NCBI GenBank assembly: GCA_963820825.1
Contig: CAWGBN010000002.1
Location: 96,001-160,000 of the forward strand
Direction: 5' to 3'
From: Vulcanimicrobiota bacterium
GTDB lineage: Bacteria; Vulcanimicrobiota; Vulcanimicrobiia; Vulcanimicrobiales; Vulcanimicrobiaceae
DNA: 64,000 nt
The translations under genes and the position numbers were made by a program. The notes beneath the pieces were generated by a model, which did no database searches, was not told the origin of the DNA, and was given only the letters and a program-made list of their open reading frames with translations. The stretch's first letter is position 1; the number at the start of each line of letters is the position of its first letter. Of this stretch, positions 9,701-19,693 are shown one piece after another.

Positions 9701-10309
9701 ATGAAGATTCTCTCGTTTGGACTTGCACTGGCATTACCGGTGATTGCCGGCTGCGGTCAATCCTTGAATCAGAGTTCGCTCCCGTCGGGCAGCGCGCAGT
9801 CAAGACACTCCGCGGGAAGCCTCGTTCGCATTCACCCAGATAACTGCAACGCCGGAGATGCGGGGACGTCATCCGGCGGAGGGTTTGTCAAATGGAAAAC
9901 ATGCGGCGGATACATTGGGCATATGACGTATGGACCCGGAACCACTGGAAACCTAAAAATTCGGATTTTTCCCAGCAGCACCAATCCGGGCGGCGTTCCG
10001 GTTCCGACCGGTGAAACGCCCGTTCTATTCGTCCAGCAGCTCGCGGATCCAAACAATCCCGGATCGATGACGTTCACGCCGCCGGTGGTTCCGCCGGGAG
10101 CAAACAAGTCGAGGATCACCGGGGTCCCTGCCGGCACCTATAAGCTCTACGCGTATAACGGTGTCGTGCTGCAAGCCGGTTTTCCGGTCGTCCTCGGTTC
10201 GCCGGTAGGGGGCATCCTGCGCTTTAACGCGTCGCCGCACTCGCCGCTGCCGCTCTTGCCGACGCTCGCTCCGGGGACAACGATCTCGTTCGAGCTCGTA
10301 ACGCCCTAG
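9701..10309 (+). CDS. Hypothetical lipoprotein
   Basis: GGAGGT RBS before ATG 9701; lipobox IAGC. Confidence 0.7.
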   Translation: MKILSFGLALALPVIAGCGQSLNQSSLPSGSAQSRHSAGSLVRIHPDNCNAGDAGTSSGGGFVKWKTCGGYIGHMTYGPGTTGNLKIRIFPSSTNPGGVPVPTGETPVLFVQQLADPNNPGSMTFTPPVVPPGANKSRITGVPAGTYKLYAYNGVVLQAGFPVVLGSPVGGILRFNASPHSPLPLLPTLAPGTTISFELVTP

Positions 10310-10338
10310 ACGAAGATACCGCGGCTATCGTACACGCT

Positions 10339-12027
10339 CTACAATCCCACGAGGCTGTCGAAGGCTTCGGCCGCGGCAGCCTCGCGGTCGGTGTAGGCGT
10401 CGAGAAAGTGCGCGACGGTGCGGTTCGCGCGGTCGAGCCGCAAGCCGTGCTCGACATTTCGCTTCTTGCCTTTGCTCGACGAAGGAGCCCATGCGGTAAT
10501 CGTGCCGTCTCTGGAGCTAACGTAGAGGACGCCGTTGGCGATCACCGTTCCGACGTTGCCCAGGTCCGAAAGCGCAACGCTCCACAACTGCGCGCCGGTC
10601 GCAGCATCGAACGCAAACTCTTTCTCGTGCGAATAGTTGCTGACGTAAACGACGCCGTTTGCGATGGAGATCGGCGATCGCGGCGTCTGGCCCTCGGTCA
10701 CGCGGCTGCCGTCGGGTCCGAATCGTGCGCTCCAAACGGGTGTGGGATCTAACGTGCAGTTCGACTCGATGCTAAAGGCGGCTAAGCCCGGCTTATAGAT
10801 GCCCTCCGTCGCCGGCATCCCGACGTAGACGTATCCGGTAACCGGGTCGAAGGCCGGTACGCCGACAAAATCTCCCTTGTTCGTCGGAATCGACATCGCG
10901 ATATATTGAATTGGGCCGTAATCGATTGACCCGACGTCGTAAAGCTCGAACATCCCCGACTTGTTGACGGCGGCGAGAAGTAGCGGGCAACCCTGCGGCC
11001 GAAAGAGCAACGGCGTAGCCCCGAAGTCGAAGTCTTCATCGCCGTCGAGTTGCGGAATGTTCGTTGGGTAATTGTTCGCAATGATGGCGTTCAGGCTAGA
11101 AGACAACTCGATAACCTGCTCGGCGTATCCCGCGTTCTGTTCCGCACCCTTCGTGGTATCCGCGTTGCCCGTCGCTACGAATACGTCGTCGGTGGCGGGA
11201 TCGATCGAGGCGCCGCCCGGGCCCCAGATGCCTCCCCCGCTTTGATTGCCCTGCATCGAGGTGCCGCTCATCGTAAAGAACGTTCCCGCCACGCTCGGCC
11301 CCGCCGTATTGATGGCGACGATTCGACCGTGCCATGGTGGGATGTCGCACGTGGAGCTGGTTACCGCATAGAGCAGCCCGTTCGACGGATTGTAAGTGAG
11401 TCCACCGTGCATAAAGTTGTGGTCGCGTTTATAATCGGCGATCGTCAACGGCCAGCCGGCGGCTTCGGTTCCCGTCGCCAAGTTGACGGCATGCAATTGA
11501 TTGTGGCCATCGCTAAAATAGAGCAGGTTCTTCCCGCGATCGATCGCCGGGGTTTCGCCGATTGAAAATAGGAACTTTTCGTGGTGGTGGCAATCGTAAC
11601 TCGCTTGCGGAACGGGGTCGTGCCACACGATCGTTCCCGTGCTCGCGTCGATTCCGTACATCGTCGATCCGTTCGCAGAGCCTGCGTACAACATGTCCGT
11701 CGCCCGTCCACTCACCTTTACGGCGTGCGCGAAGACCGGCTCGTGGACCATCTCATAGCCCACGTTGGCGCTCCAAAGCTTTTGAACGCCGGCCACGTTG
11801 CTAACGCCGATCGTCGACTCGAACGGATTGTAGCCCGTCCGCTGCAGGTCAAAGCCGAAGGAGTCCCAGTCCGTCTTCCGCGCCTTAGGCGCGCTCGAGA
11901 GCGCGGGTCGCGCAGCTCCGGCGGTTTGCGCTTGCGGCGGAGCGCTCGGGCTCAAAGCTCCGCCGCACCCGGTGGTTGCAATGACAACGTAGGCCAGAGC
12001 CCACGACCAAACGCGAAGACGGCTCAC
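10339..12027 (-). CDS. PQQ-enzyme-like beta-propeller lipoprotein
   Basis: Lipobox TTGC; FGFDLQRTGYNP; AFDAATGAQLW Trp-docking repeats. Confidence 0.8.
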   Translation of the reverse strand: MSRLRVWSWALAYVVIATTGCGGALSPSAPPQAQTAGAARPALSSAPKARKTDWDSFGFDLQRTGYNPFESTIGVSNVAGVQKLWSANVGYEMVHEPVFAHAVKVSGRATDMLYAGSANGSTMYGIDASTGTIVWHDPVPQASYDCHHHEKFLFSIGETPAIDRGKNLLYFSDGHNQLHAVNLATGTEAAGWPLTIADYKRDHNFMHGGLTYNPSNGLLYAVTSSTCDIPPWHGRIVAINTAGPSVAGTFFTMSGTSMQGNQSGGGIWGPGGASIDPATDDVFVATGNADTTKGAEQNAGYAEQVIELSSSLNAIIANNYPTNIPQLDGDEDFDFGATPLLFRPQGCPLLLAAVNKSGMFELYDVGSIDYGPIQYIAMSIPTNKGDFVGVPAFDPVTGYVYVGMPATEGIYKPGLAAFSIESNCTLDPTPVWSARFGPDGSRVTEGQTPRSPISIANGVVYVSNYSHEKEFAFDAATGAQLWSVALSDLGNVGTVIANGVLYVSSRDGTITAWAPSSSKGKKRNVEHGLRLDRANRTVAHFLDAYTDREAAAAEAFDSLVGL

Positions 12028-12099
12028 CGTAACCCGCGTTTTTTGACGCGGCCATCGAGACCTCCCGAGAGCCCGAGCGCGCGCGCGCGGGTCGATCGA

Positions 12100-13188
12100 T
12101 TACCGGGCGACTATGCCATAGGGCGCATCGAGCTGCGTATTGCCGCCAAAGACGTACTTGAACGGGGCGATGTTGTTGTTACCGAGCGCGAGACCGGAAT
12201 ATGCATTGTAAAGGTTCACGCTAGGCCCTCGAACGTCTGCCACGTAGATTCTGTTGTTCGGACCGATCGCGATGCCGACTGGGCTGTTCAGCTGCGTGGA
12301 CGATCCGGAGATGGTCTTTGTGGGCGCCACGTTGCCGTTGGAGTTCGCGGGGAAGATCCCGATCCGGCTGCTGGACGTCGAGTTGCCCGACGTCACGAAA
12401 ATCCTATTGTTCTTCCAAGCGACTCCATAGACGCCGTTAACGAATCCGGTAAGCGGACCCGTCACGGTGCGGATCGGCGCGACATTGCCGTTGGCTCCGG
12501 CGCTGAAGACGGTAACGATGCCGTTAAACGATGGAGAGTTCTCATTCCCTACGTAAATGCGGCCGGAGGGATCGACGATGATGCCGGAGGGATCGGCAAG
12601 GCCCGTGAGCGACCCTGTGATGGTTGCGATCGGCGTCACGTTACCGTTTGCGTTCGCGGGGTAGACCGTAACGCTCGGCGTCGTCGTATTGAGGCCATTG
12701 GCGACGTAGATCTTGCCGCTGCTATCCAGTGCGATACCAAAGGGGTTTAAGAGACCGGTATTGGTGCCGCTGATCGTTGCCATCGGCGCGACGTTTCCGG
12801 ACGATCCGGCTGGATAGACGGTCACGCTCGAGTTTCCCATGTTGGTGACGTAAATATTGCTCGCGGCGTCGAGCGCGATACCGGCCGGGTTCAGTAATCC
12901 CGTGTTCGAACCGATGATGATGTTGGCTCCGGGGTTGTAGTTGCCGTTCGCGTTGACGGGATAGACGATCACCGCTCCCGGGTAGACCGGGCTTCCTTTG
13001 ATGTCGGCGACGTACTCGCAGGGACAGGCGGGGACGTATGTCCGCCGCACGATTTGACTGCTAGCCGAAGTCGAAAGCTGATTCGGCTGCGCCGGCGTGC
13101 CCGACGTATCGGCGGAACACGCAGTCAGCGTAAGGGCGAGCAGGGTCAGGGTCGCGGGGGCTGCGCCGCGGAGCTGGAGATCGAACAC
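12100..13188 (-). CDS. NHL-repeat lipoprotein
   Basis: Lipobox LTAC; repeated GNVAP..TISG..T.L..P.GIA.D units. Confidence 0.85.
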   Translation of the reverse strand: MFDLQLRGAAPATLTLLALTLTACSADTSGTPAQPNQLSTSASSQIVRRTYVPACPCEYVADIKGSPVYPGAVIVYPVNANGNYNPGANIIIGSNTGLLNPAGIALDAASNIYVTNMGNSSVTVYPAGSSGNVAPMATISGTNTGLLNPFGIALDSSGKIYVANGLNTTTPSVTVYPANANGNVTPIATITGSLTGLADPSGIIVDPSGRIYVGNENSPSFNGIVTVFSAGANGNVAPIRTVTGPLTGFVNGVYGVAWKNNRIFVTSGNSTSSSRIGIFPANSNGNVAPTKTISGSSTQLNSPVGIAIGPNNRIYVADVRGPSVNLYNAYSGLALGNNNIAPFKYVFGGNTQLDAPYGIVAR

Positions 13189-13277
13189 AGGATTCTCCCC
13201 TTTCCTAAAGGAGCGAAACGCTCAGAAGGCCGGTGGTTCGCCGGTCGGTTGCTTCCTTCCCGGCGTACCCACGCCGC

Positions 13278-14138
13278 TCACGCGCCCTTTCCGATTTGAC
13301 GCTCGTAATCGGCCGTGTCGAAGCGTCCCCGCGATTCGGCAATGAGACCGTCTTCATCGATCCGCCATTCCTCCGATCCGCTGATGCGAACGGAGTTTCC
13401 GGTACCGCCCGGTCCGTCGTTCGTCCCGCCGAGCGTCCACCGATAGACCGCCGCTCCGTCGCGTTCGACGACGTCATCCATCGAAACGGTCAGATCGGGA
13501 AAGGCAGTCATGAAGCCCTGCGCAGTTTCGGTGATTGCCGGCCGCCCGATCGCGGGCTCAGCATCGTTGATCGTAAGGGAGCCGTTTGGAGCGAAGAAGG
13601 CCGCGACGGCGGCGGGATCGCGGCTGCACCACGCCTTCGTGTAGCGTTCGGCAAACTTGCGAATCCGAGCGCCTTGCTGCGCCGCAATCTCGCGGTCGGC
13701 GAACTGCACGAAGCTCTTTCCAAAGCGCGTCTTACCGACGTTCGCCCACCACGTTCGTACGCCATCACCCTCGAACCAATACCGCATGACCGCGTAAAAC
13801 TCGGCCCAATCGTCCTCGTGCAGCGTTCCCATACGCAGCTGAAATTCGGCCGTTGAGAAAAACCAGAATGCCTTGAGGCACATATTTGCAAATCGCAACC
13901 GGTCACGATCGTTGAGAAGCGCATAGTTTTGCCGCCCTCGCAGCCACAGGTCCATGAGCTGCGGATCCTTGATAAAGTCGCTGACGAACTCGCTGAGCAA
14001 TCGCGTCGAGACGAGTTTGGCGGAAACGGTAGACGCGCGATTGTTCTGGCGCACTTGGATCGCCAGATAGATGAGCGATGCGATTACGCCGAGCGAGCCC
14101 AGAACCTGGCCCGATGCCGCGATCGCTTCCCAATTCAT
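13278..14138 (-). CDS. Membrane-anchored helical domain fused to a SnoaL/NTF2-like domain
   Basis: ATG 14138 overlaps the upstream stop (ATGA); N-terminal TM; C-terminal FMTAFPDL..WTLGGTN.GPGGTG. Confidence 0.7.
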   Translation of the reverse strand: MNWEAIAASGQVLGSLGVIASLIYLAIQVRQNNRASTVSAKLVSTRLLSEFVSDFIKDPQLMDLWLRGRQNYALLNDRDRLRFANMCLKAFWFFSTAEFQLRMGTLHEDDWAEFYAVMRYWFEGDGVRTWWANVGKTRFGKSFVQFADREIAAQQGARIRKFAERYTKAWCSRDPAAVAAFFAPNGSLTINDAEPAIGRPAITETAQGFMTAFPDLTVSMDDVVERDGAAVYRWTLGGTNDGPGGTGNSVRISGSEEWRIDEDGLIAESRGRFDTADYERQIGKGA

Positions 14139-14590
14139 GGCTGGCCCAACGGCTGCTCGACCGCATCCGAGAAGCGCACGACGATATCGCCGTTTGGGAG
14201 TCTCGTAGCGGCGCTCGACGCCCAGACGTAGAGGCTCTGCGTCACGCACGGGCGATAGAGCTTCGTCGGCGCCATTCCGGTAGAAGCGCCGTTCGTCTCG
14301 GTATTGCTACCCGCGGCTTGAACCTGCAGCGTGTTGAGGATCGCAATATTCTGGACGCCGCCGAGCGAGGTCTGCCCCGAATCCGCGATCTCCCAGTAGA
14401 GCGCGCTCTCACCGGACGCTGCTTGGTTCACCGCACCGATCGCGACGATAAAGACGTTGCGCGTGCAGTTATACCGATAAGAAATTGCCGCCTTAAAGGC
14501 TGCCAGCGTTTGGGTTGGTCCCTCCGGCGACGCGCCGATCAGCAATGCTGCCGCCAGCGCCAGCGGCAGAATACCCGCCCGTTTGCCCAT
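14135..14590 (-). CDS. Secreted hypothetical protein
   Basis: Signal peptide; GAGAGAAG upstream of ATG. Confidence 0.6.
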   Translation of the reverse strand: MGKRAGILPLALAAALLIGASPEGPTQTLAAFKAAISYRYNCTRNVFIVAIGAVNQAASGESALYWEIADSGQTSLGGVQNIAILNTLQVQAAGSNTETNGASTGMAPTKLYRPCVTQSLYVWASSAATRLPNGDIVVRFSDAVEQPLGQP

Positions 14591-14718
14591 GCTTCTCTCT
14601 ACGGTCTCAGGCGCGAATCCCCTCGACGCACGACGTGCTACTCGTCGCCGAAAAGCTGCAACGAGCCCGCATCACCCCGTGCAGTCGGAAGTCTCGAAGG
14701 ATTGGCGAATAGAGTAGC

Positions 14719-17379
14719 ATGGTGACTCGAGCGCTTCCGACGGGCATCGTCACCTTTCTCTTCACCGACATCGAGGGCAGCAGCCGGCTCTGGGAGCGCG
14801 CCCCCGATGCGATGCGCGAGGCTCTCGCTCGACACGACGCACTCTGCCGGGAGAGAATCACCCGCCATTGCGGAGTCGTTTTCAAGACGGTCGGCGACGC
14901 AATCTGCTCGGCGTTCGAACGACCGAATGACGCGCTCGAAGCGGCGATCGAGGTGCAGCACGCTCTTCGCAAACACGCGTGGCCGGGTGCGATCGGCGAG
15001 ATGCACGTTCGCATGGCGCTCCACACAGGTGATTGCACGCAGCGCGATGGCGACTACTTCGGAGCAACGGTCAACCGAGTCGCGCGCCTCTCGGCACTGG
15101 CCTACGGGGACCAGATCCTCGTTTCGTCGGCCACGGCCACGCTGCTGCGCGACGTCCTTAGCGATCGCGTCGTCCTTCGCTCGCTGGGATCGCACCGCCT
15201 CAAGGATCTCGCTCAGCCGGAGATTGCATATCAAGTCGTCACCGAAGGCCTTCGCTCAGATTTTCCAGCGCTCGCCTCAATGGACTCACGGCCGAACAAC
15301 CTGCCGTCGCAGATCTCCAGCTTCGTCGGCCGGGAACGCGAAGTGCGGGAAGTCGCAGCCGCAATCGAGGGATCGCGGCTGCTAACCATCGTGGGTCCGG
15401 GCGGCATCGGCAAGACGCGCCTCGCGCTCCAAGTTGCCGCCGACCTCCTCGGCGACCGGTATCCTGGAGGCACCTGGTTCATCGATTTGACCACGGTTCG
15501 CGCCCAAGAACCGATCGTCGACACCGTCGCAGCCGAACTCAATCTACGCGAGGTGCCCGGGGAGCCTATCGAAAAGACGCTCGTCGCGTACCTGCACGAA
15601 CGACGAGCTTTGCTCGTCTTAGACAATGCGGAGCACCTTCTTGCAAACGCCGGGGCATTTGCAAAGCTCGTGCTCGCGAAATGCCCCAGCGTCACGATCT
15701 TGGTGACGAGTTTGGAACCGCTGCATATAGCCGGCGAACGGATTTACCGTCTTGGGCCGCTGGCAGACGCGGCGAGCCTCTTTCTCGAGCGCGCGCGTGC
15801 CTCGGCGCCGTCAATAACTTTCAACGAAGTGGAGCTCGAAGACGTGGCGGCGCTCTGCAGCCGCCTCGACGGCATTCCGCTGGCCATCGAGCTTGCGTCC
15901 GCACGGCTATCGTCGATGCCGCTTCGCCAGCTGCTTCGGCGCTTGAGCTCGACTTTGAGCCTCGCCAGCAAGGATCCAAGCGAAGTCACGCGCCACCGAA
16001 CCCTTCGCGAAATGGTCCGCTGGAGTTACGACATGCTCTCGCCAACCGAAAAACAGACGTTGGGGGTGATTTCGATTTTTCGCGGCAGCGGCACCGCCGC
16101 GGCCATAAAGGCCGTCGCGGTTGATGTTCCCGAGGTTGACGACGTGCTCGATGCACTCGTCGACAAATCTTTAGTACAAATCGATTCCTCGAAGAGCGAC
16201 GTGCGGTACCGCTTACTCGAAGCCGTCGCCGATTACGCCCGCGAACAAGTTTTGGCGGCGCATGACGAGGGGCCGATCAATCAACGGCATGCGGCGTGTT
16301 ACGCAGGGCTCGTCGCCGTTGCTCGGCCCCCGTATCTCGAGCTCGACGATGACGTGTCGAACATCCGGGCCGCGCTCGAGTGGCATGTCGCCAACGACGC
16401 CGGTGCGGCGGCGCGCTTTATTGTCGACTTGGCACAGTACTGGCGCGCGCGGGGGGTTGTCAACGAGGCCCGGACGTGGATTCGCCGGACGCTAGAGATG
16501 CCGCTGCTCGACGCGCGCGAGCGCGCATCGCTGCTCTGTCTCGCGGCCAGTTTCGCGACGCTGCAAGACGCGCTCGAAGAATCGCTGGCATTCTCACAAG
16601 AGGCCCTCGATATCTACCAAACGGCGGACGACCGCTCGGGGATTGCCCACGCCATTTTTCGCATCGGAGAGGCACAGCACCGGCAGGCACGCTTCGATGA
16701 TGCCGAGGCTCGTTACCGGGAGGCGCTCGACGGATTCAGGGCTTCCGGCGAGTCTCGAGGAGAGATGCTGTGCCTCGGAAATCTGGGGACCCTAGCGTTT
16801 CAGCGTCGCGATTTCCATCGCGCGTCGGAGTTGCTCGGCGAGGCGATCTCGCGCGCCACGGAGTTGGGCGAACGGCGAATCGAGGGGGATTTCACGATCG
16901 CGATGGGGTGGGTGGCGCTACGTCTCGATGATTTTGCCCGTGCTCGGTCGCTTTTCGAACAGGTCCTCGTCGAGAAGCGCGGCATGCGCGACCGCTACGG
17001 TGAATGCGCGGCCCACCATGGCATCGGCACGGTAGCGCTCAAAGAAGCCCGGCTCGCCGAAGCGCTCGCACAGTTCGCGTCGTCACTCAAAAGCGCGCGC
17101 GAACTGCAGTTGACGGATTACATTGTACGCTCGCTGCACGGCATTGCGGCGGTGCGCGCGCGTTGCGGCGACGTACAAGCGGCAGCGACTATTCTAGGAC
17201 TTGCCGATCGCCTTTGTACGGAAAGCGGTCGTGAACTGCACGACAGCGTAGCTTATGAGGTTGCGAGCCAGCTGATTGAAGCATCGCTCCCGGAACCGCA
17301 TCGTTCGCAGTTACGTAGCGACGGTTCCAGGATGGAACTCAGCGATGCCGCTATTGATCGACCAGCGTCCGGCCATTAA
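14719..17379 (+). CDS. Class III adenylate/guanylate cyclase - STAND (NB-ARC-like) ATPase - TPR protein
   Basis: FLFTDIEGS, KTVGDA and GDYFGATVNRVARL; Walker A GPGGIGKT; LVLDNAEH; LDGIPLAIELA; C-terminal helical repeats. Confidence 0.9.
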   Translation: MVTRALPTGIVTFLFTDIEGSSRLWERAPDAMREALARHDALCRERITRHCGVVFKTVGDAICSAFERPNDALEAAIEVQHALRKHAWPGAIGEMHVRMALHTGDCTQRDGDYFGATVNRVARLSALAYGDQILVSSATATLLRDVLSDRVVLRSLGSHRLKDLAQPEIAYQVVTEGLRSDFPALASMDSRPNNLPSQISSFVGREREVREVAAAIEGSRLLTIVGPGGIGKTRLALQVAADLLGDRYPGGTWFIDLTTVRAQEPIVDTVAAELNLREVPGEPIEKTLVAYLHERRALLVLDNAEHLLANAGAFAKLVLAKCPSVTILVTSLEPLHIAGERIYRLGPLADAASLFLERARASAPSITFNEVELEDVAALCSRLDGIPLAIELASARLSSMPLRQLLRRLSSTLSLASKDPSEVTRHRTLREMVRWSYDMLSPTEKQTLGVISIFRGSGTAAAIKAVAVDVPEVDDVLDALVDKSLVQIDSSKSDVRYRLLEAVADYAREQVLAAHDEGPINQRHAACYAGLVAVARPPYLELDDDVSNIRAALEWHVANDAGAAARFIVDLAQYWRARGVVNEARTWIRRTLEMPLLDARERASLLCLAASFATLQDALEESLAFSQEALDIYQTADDRSGIAHAIFRIGEAQHRQARFDDAEARYREALDGFRASGESRGEMLCLGNLGTLAFQRRDFHRASELLGEAISRATELGERRIEGDFTIAMGWVALRLDDFARARSLFEQVLVEKRGMRDRYGECAAHHGIGTVALKEARLAEALAQFASSLKSARELQLTDYIVRSLHGIAAVRARCGDVQAAATILGLADRLCTESGRELHDSVAYEVASQLIEASLPEPHRSQLRSDGSRMELSDAAIDRPASGH

Positions 17380-17728
17380 CGAGCATTGGCGCAGCCGTCG
17401 AAGTTCCACTGGGAAGATCCACGGTGACCGTAAGCATCTGACCGTTCGGATTGCTGAATGACATGCAGTTCTTATCGCTACTAGCGCACGGCTCAGCCGT
17501 GGGCGTTGCCTTAGGACTAGCCGAAAAATCATAGGTGAGGCTGCATGGCTTCGTCGACGTCGACGTGCAGCTCGACGTATTGAGTGTATTACTACCGTTA
17601 ATCTGCACCTGGCCCTTGACGTGGAAGCCGATCGGGTTCACATCGTAATACGGTTTCCAATGCTGGCCGAGGTAAAATGCCCCAGCCACGGCAAGAACGG
17701 CTACGATCAGGCCAAGCCATCTATTCAT
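17351..17728 (-). CDS. Small exported/membrane-anchored Cys-, Ser/Thr-rich protein
   Basis: AAGGA upstream of ATG 17728; N-terminal hydrophobic segment; four Cys. Confidence 0.6.
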   Translation of the reverse strand: MNRWLGLIVAVLAVAGAFYLGQHWKPYYDVNPIGFHVKGQVQINGSNTLNTSSCTSTSTKPCSLTYDFSASPKATPTAEPCASSDKNCMSFSNPNGQMLTVTVDLPSGTSTAAPMLVNGRTLVDQ

Positions 17729-17920
17729 CCCGAGTTCCTTTCCCGCGTAGCGGCAGCAGGCCAAGGCTTCTTCTCGGCAGTGCAGGCGCCGCCCTCGAAT
17801 CCACAACGTGATCCCGGAAACCGCCACGCGCGCTCCGGGGTGGTGCTCCTCCGAACCGGCGGGCACTTCGGGCCGTTTTTGCAAGGGCAGAACGCGCTTG
17901 GGGCCAAGTATGAGTGCATC

Positions 17921-18349
17921 ATGGTGTCAGCAACGTCTGTACCGAGAATGATTTGCCCGCGCTGCAACAAAGCCACCACCGACGTCGCACGGTGTTCGAC
18001 CTGCGGCGCTCCGGTCAAGAGCCTCGTGAGTCAGCAACGCCGCGGCTGGGTCGCGTTCGGAGGGGGTGCGTTCCTCGCGGTCTTCATGGCCGCAGTTTGG
18101 ATCTGGATCGATCAGCTCTTTGCCGGAAACGGAATTGCGCAGCGCGACCCCGCGGCCGCACGATTCCTCGGACGGATTAACGTCGCATGCGCGCTGGTCG
18201 TGCTCTCCGGTCTTTTCGGGGTCGCGAACGGCTGGATCATGGCGCACTCGGGCCGGCGGAATTTAGCGCTTATGGTTGCTATGCTCGTCGTCTTTGTCGC
18301 CGCTCTCTTCCTCGCATTTACTGCATCGAACGGCTACCACCCGCAGTAG
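17921..18349 (+). CDS. Zinc-ribbon membrane protein
   Basis: CPRC...CSTC followed by three TM helices; start may be 17948. Confidence 0.6.
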   Translation: MVSATSVPRMICPRCNKATTDVARCSTCGAPVKSLVSQQRRGWVAFGGGAFLAVFMAAVWIWIDQLFAGNGIAQRDPAAARFLGRINVACALVVLSGLFGVANGWIMAHSGRRNLALMVAMLVVFVAALFLAFTASNGYHPQ

Positions 18350-18359
18350 CTACTCTAGG

Positions 18360-19073
18360 CTAGTATCCTCCGGGAAACGGCGTACTCGTCAGCCGCCCGA
18401 AGCGGGCCTGCATCCCGTTCTGCGCGCGCTCGCGCGCGATCTGCGTCTTTTGCTTTGCGAGCGACGCCGCTAGCGTCCCGAGTCCGTCGTTGAGCTCCGC
18501 GTTCTTGCCGGGCCATTGCTTCTTGGCGAGAAAGTCTACGCCGGGATAGATCGCCGTTAGATTCGGAAGGCTGCGATTCGCGCCTTGCACTGCGTGGATG
18601 ATCCGAACAAGCGCGTCGACGTCGCCGAACGCATAGCCGTTGAGGTTCGGTCCGACGAGCTGGAAGAACGCGTCCTGGGCGTGATAGAGCTCGAAGGCCG
18701 GGCTGCCGATTCCGCCAATTCTCTTCTGGTCGACGAGCAGCCCGAACTGGCGTCCACTGTATTGCGCCGAATAAAACCAGTACGTTGCCTCGTTGCGATA
18801 TCCGAGGTCGTAAAGCCGAATCGCGCCGACGTAGCGCTCGACGAAATTGAGCCGGTTCCAATTCTTCTTCATCCGCTCAATCGTCGCGACGAACTCCTGC
18901 CGGTTCTTCGAAGCGAGCCCCGCGCTATATTGGCCGACCTGGATCGTCGGGCCTGACGAATCGTAGTACGGCGTGGCGTAGGCGTCGATTCGTCCCGGGT
19001 CGCCCGCGCGCGCAGCGGGCGCGAGCACGAACGCGATCGCGACGGCGAATACGATGAAAACGCACTTCTTCAA
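18360..19073 (-). CDS. Secreted hypothetical protein
   Basis: Signal peptide ending ARA; start overlaps the upstream stop. Confidence 0.7.
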   Translation of the reverse strand: MKKCVFIVFAVAIAFVLAPAARAGDPGRIDAYATPYYDSSGPTIQVGQYSAGLASKNRQEFVATIERMKKNWNRLNFVERYVGAIRLYDLGYRNEATYWFYSAQYSGRQFGLLVDQKRIGGIGSPAFELYHAQDAFFQLVGPNLNGYAFGDVDALVRIIHAVQGANRSLPNLTAIYPGVDFLAKKQWPGKNAELNDGLGTLAASLAKQKTQIARERAQNGMQARFGRLTSTPFPGGY

Positions 19074-19678
19074 AATTGTATCCGCACGATCTGAAGCTGG
19101 GCGTTCACGACGGCGACCGGTCGCGCCCGAGCCGATTCCATGTAGAGGTACTTGCGATCGTCGGGACCGAGACCCTCAAACTCCCACTCCGTTACTCGTG
19201 CATCGGGATAATTCGACTTTGCAATGGCCTCACGCGACGTTTGCGTCAAGCGCGCAAAGGCAATTCTCTTCGGATCGAAAGCCCGTTCGTCAACCGTAGC
19301 TGCGGTAATCGGCCCGCCGGTCAGCGACATCAGCTTTACCGGCGCCGGTCCGGTGAGCGCCCCGTCGGGCGCGACGGCGTACCGGTCGACGTTGATGTGA
19401 TGAGCGGGCTCCTGAACGTCGACCATCAATCCGTTGGTGCGATCGGCCGATATGGAGGTGACGCGCAGCGGGCGCCCGGAATGCGCCGCGATCGCGTCGA
19501 GCGCCTGAAGCACCGCCTTACCGTTGGTCAAGAACGGATCGATCGGGCCGCCGCCGGGATTCGCCGCCGCGAGATTCGGGTCGCCGGCGGGATAGGACCC
19601 GTGGCCGCCCGCGCTGCCGGAGCAGGCCGCGAGCGCGCACGATATGGCGACCGCGAGAATTCGCTTTTGCACTTGCAT
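19070..19678 (-). CDS. Hypothetical lipoprotein
   Basis: Lipobox LAAC. Confidence 0.7.
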   Translation of the reverse strand: MQVQKRILAVAISCALAACSGSAGGHGSYPAGDPNLAAANPGGGPIDPFLTNGKAVLQALDAIAAHSGRPLRVTSISADRTNGLMVDVQEPAHHINVDRYAVAPDGALTGPAPVKLMSLTGGPITAATVDERAFDPKRIAFARLTQTSREAIAKSNYPDARVTEWEFEGLGPDDRKYLYMESARARPVAVVNAQLQIVRIQF

Positions 19679-19693
19679 CTCGAACGAGGCGTA

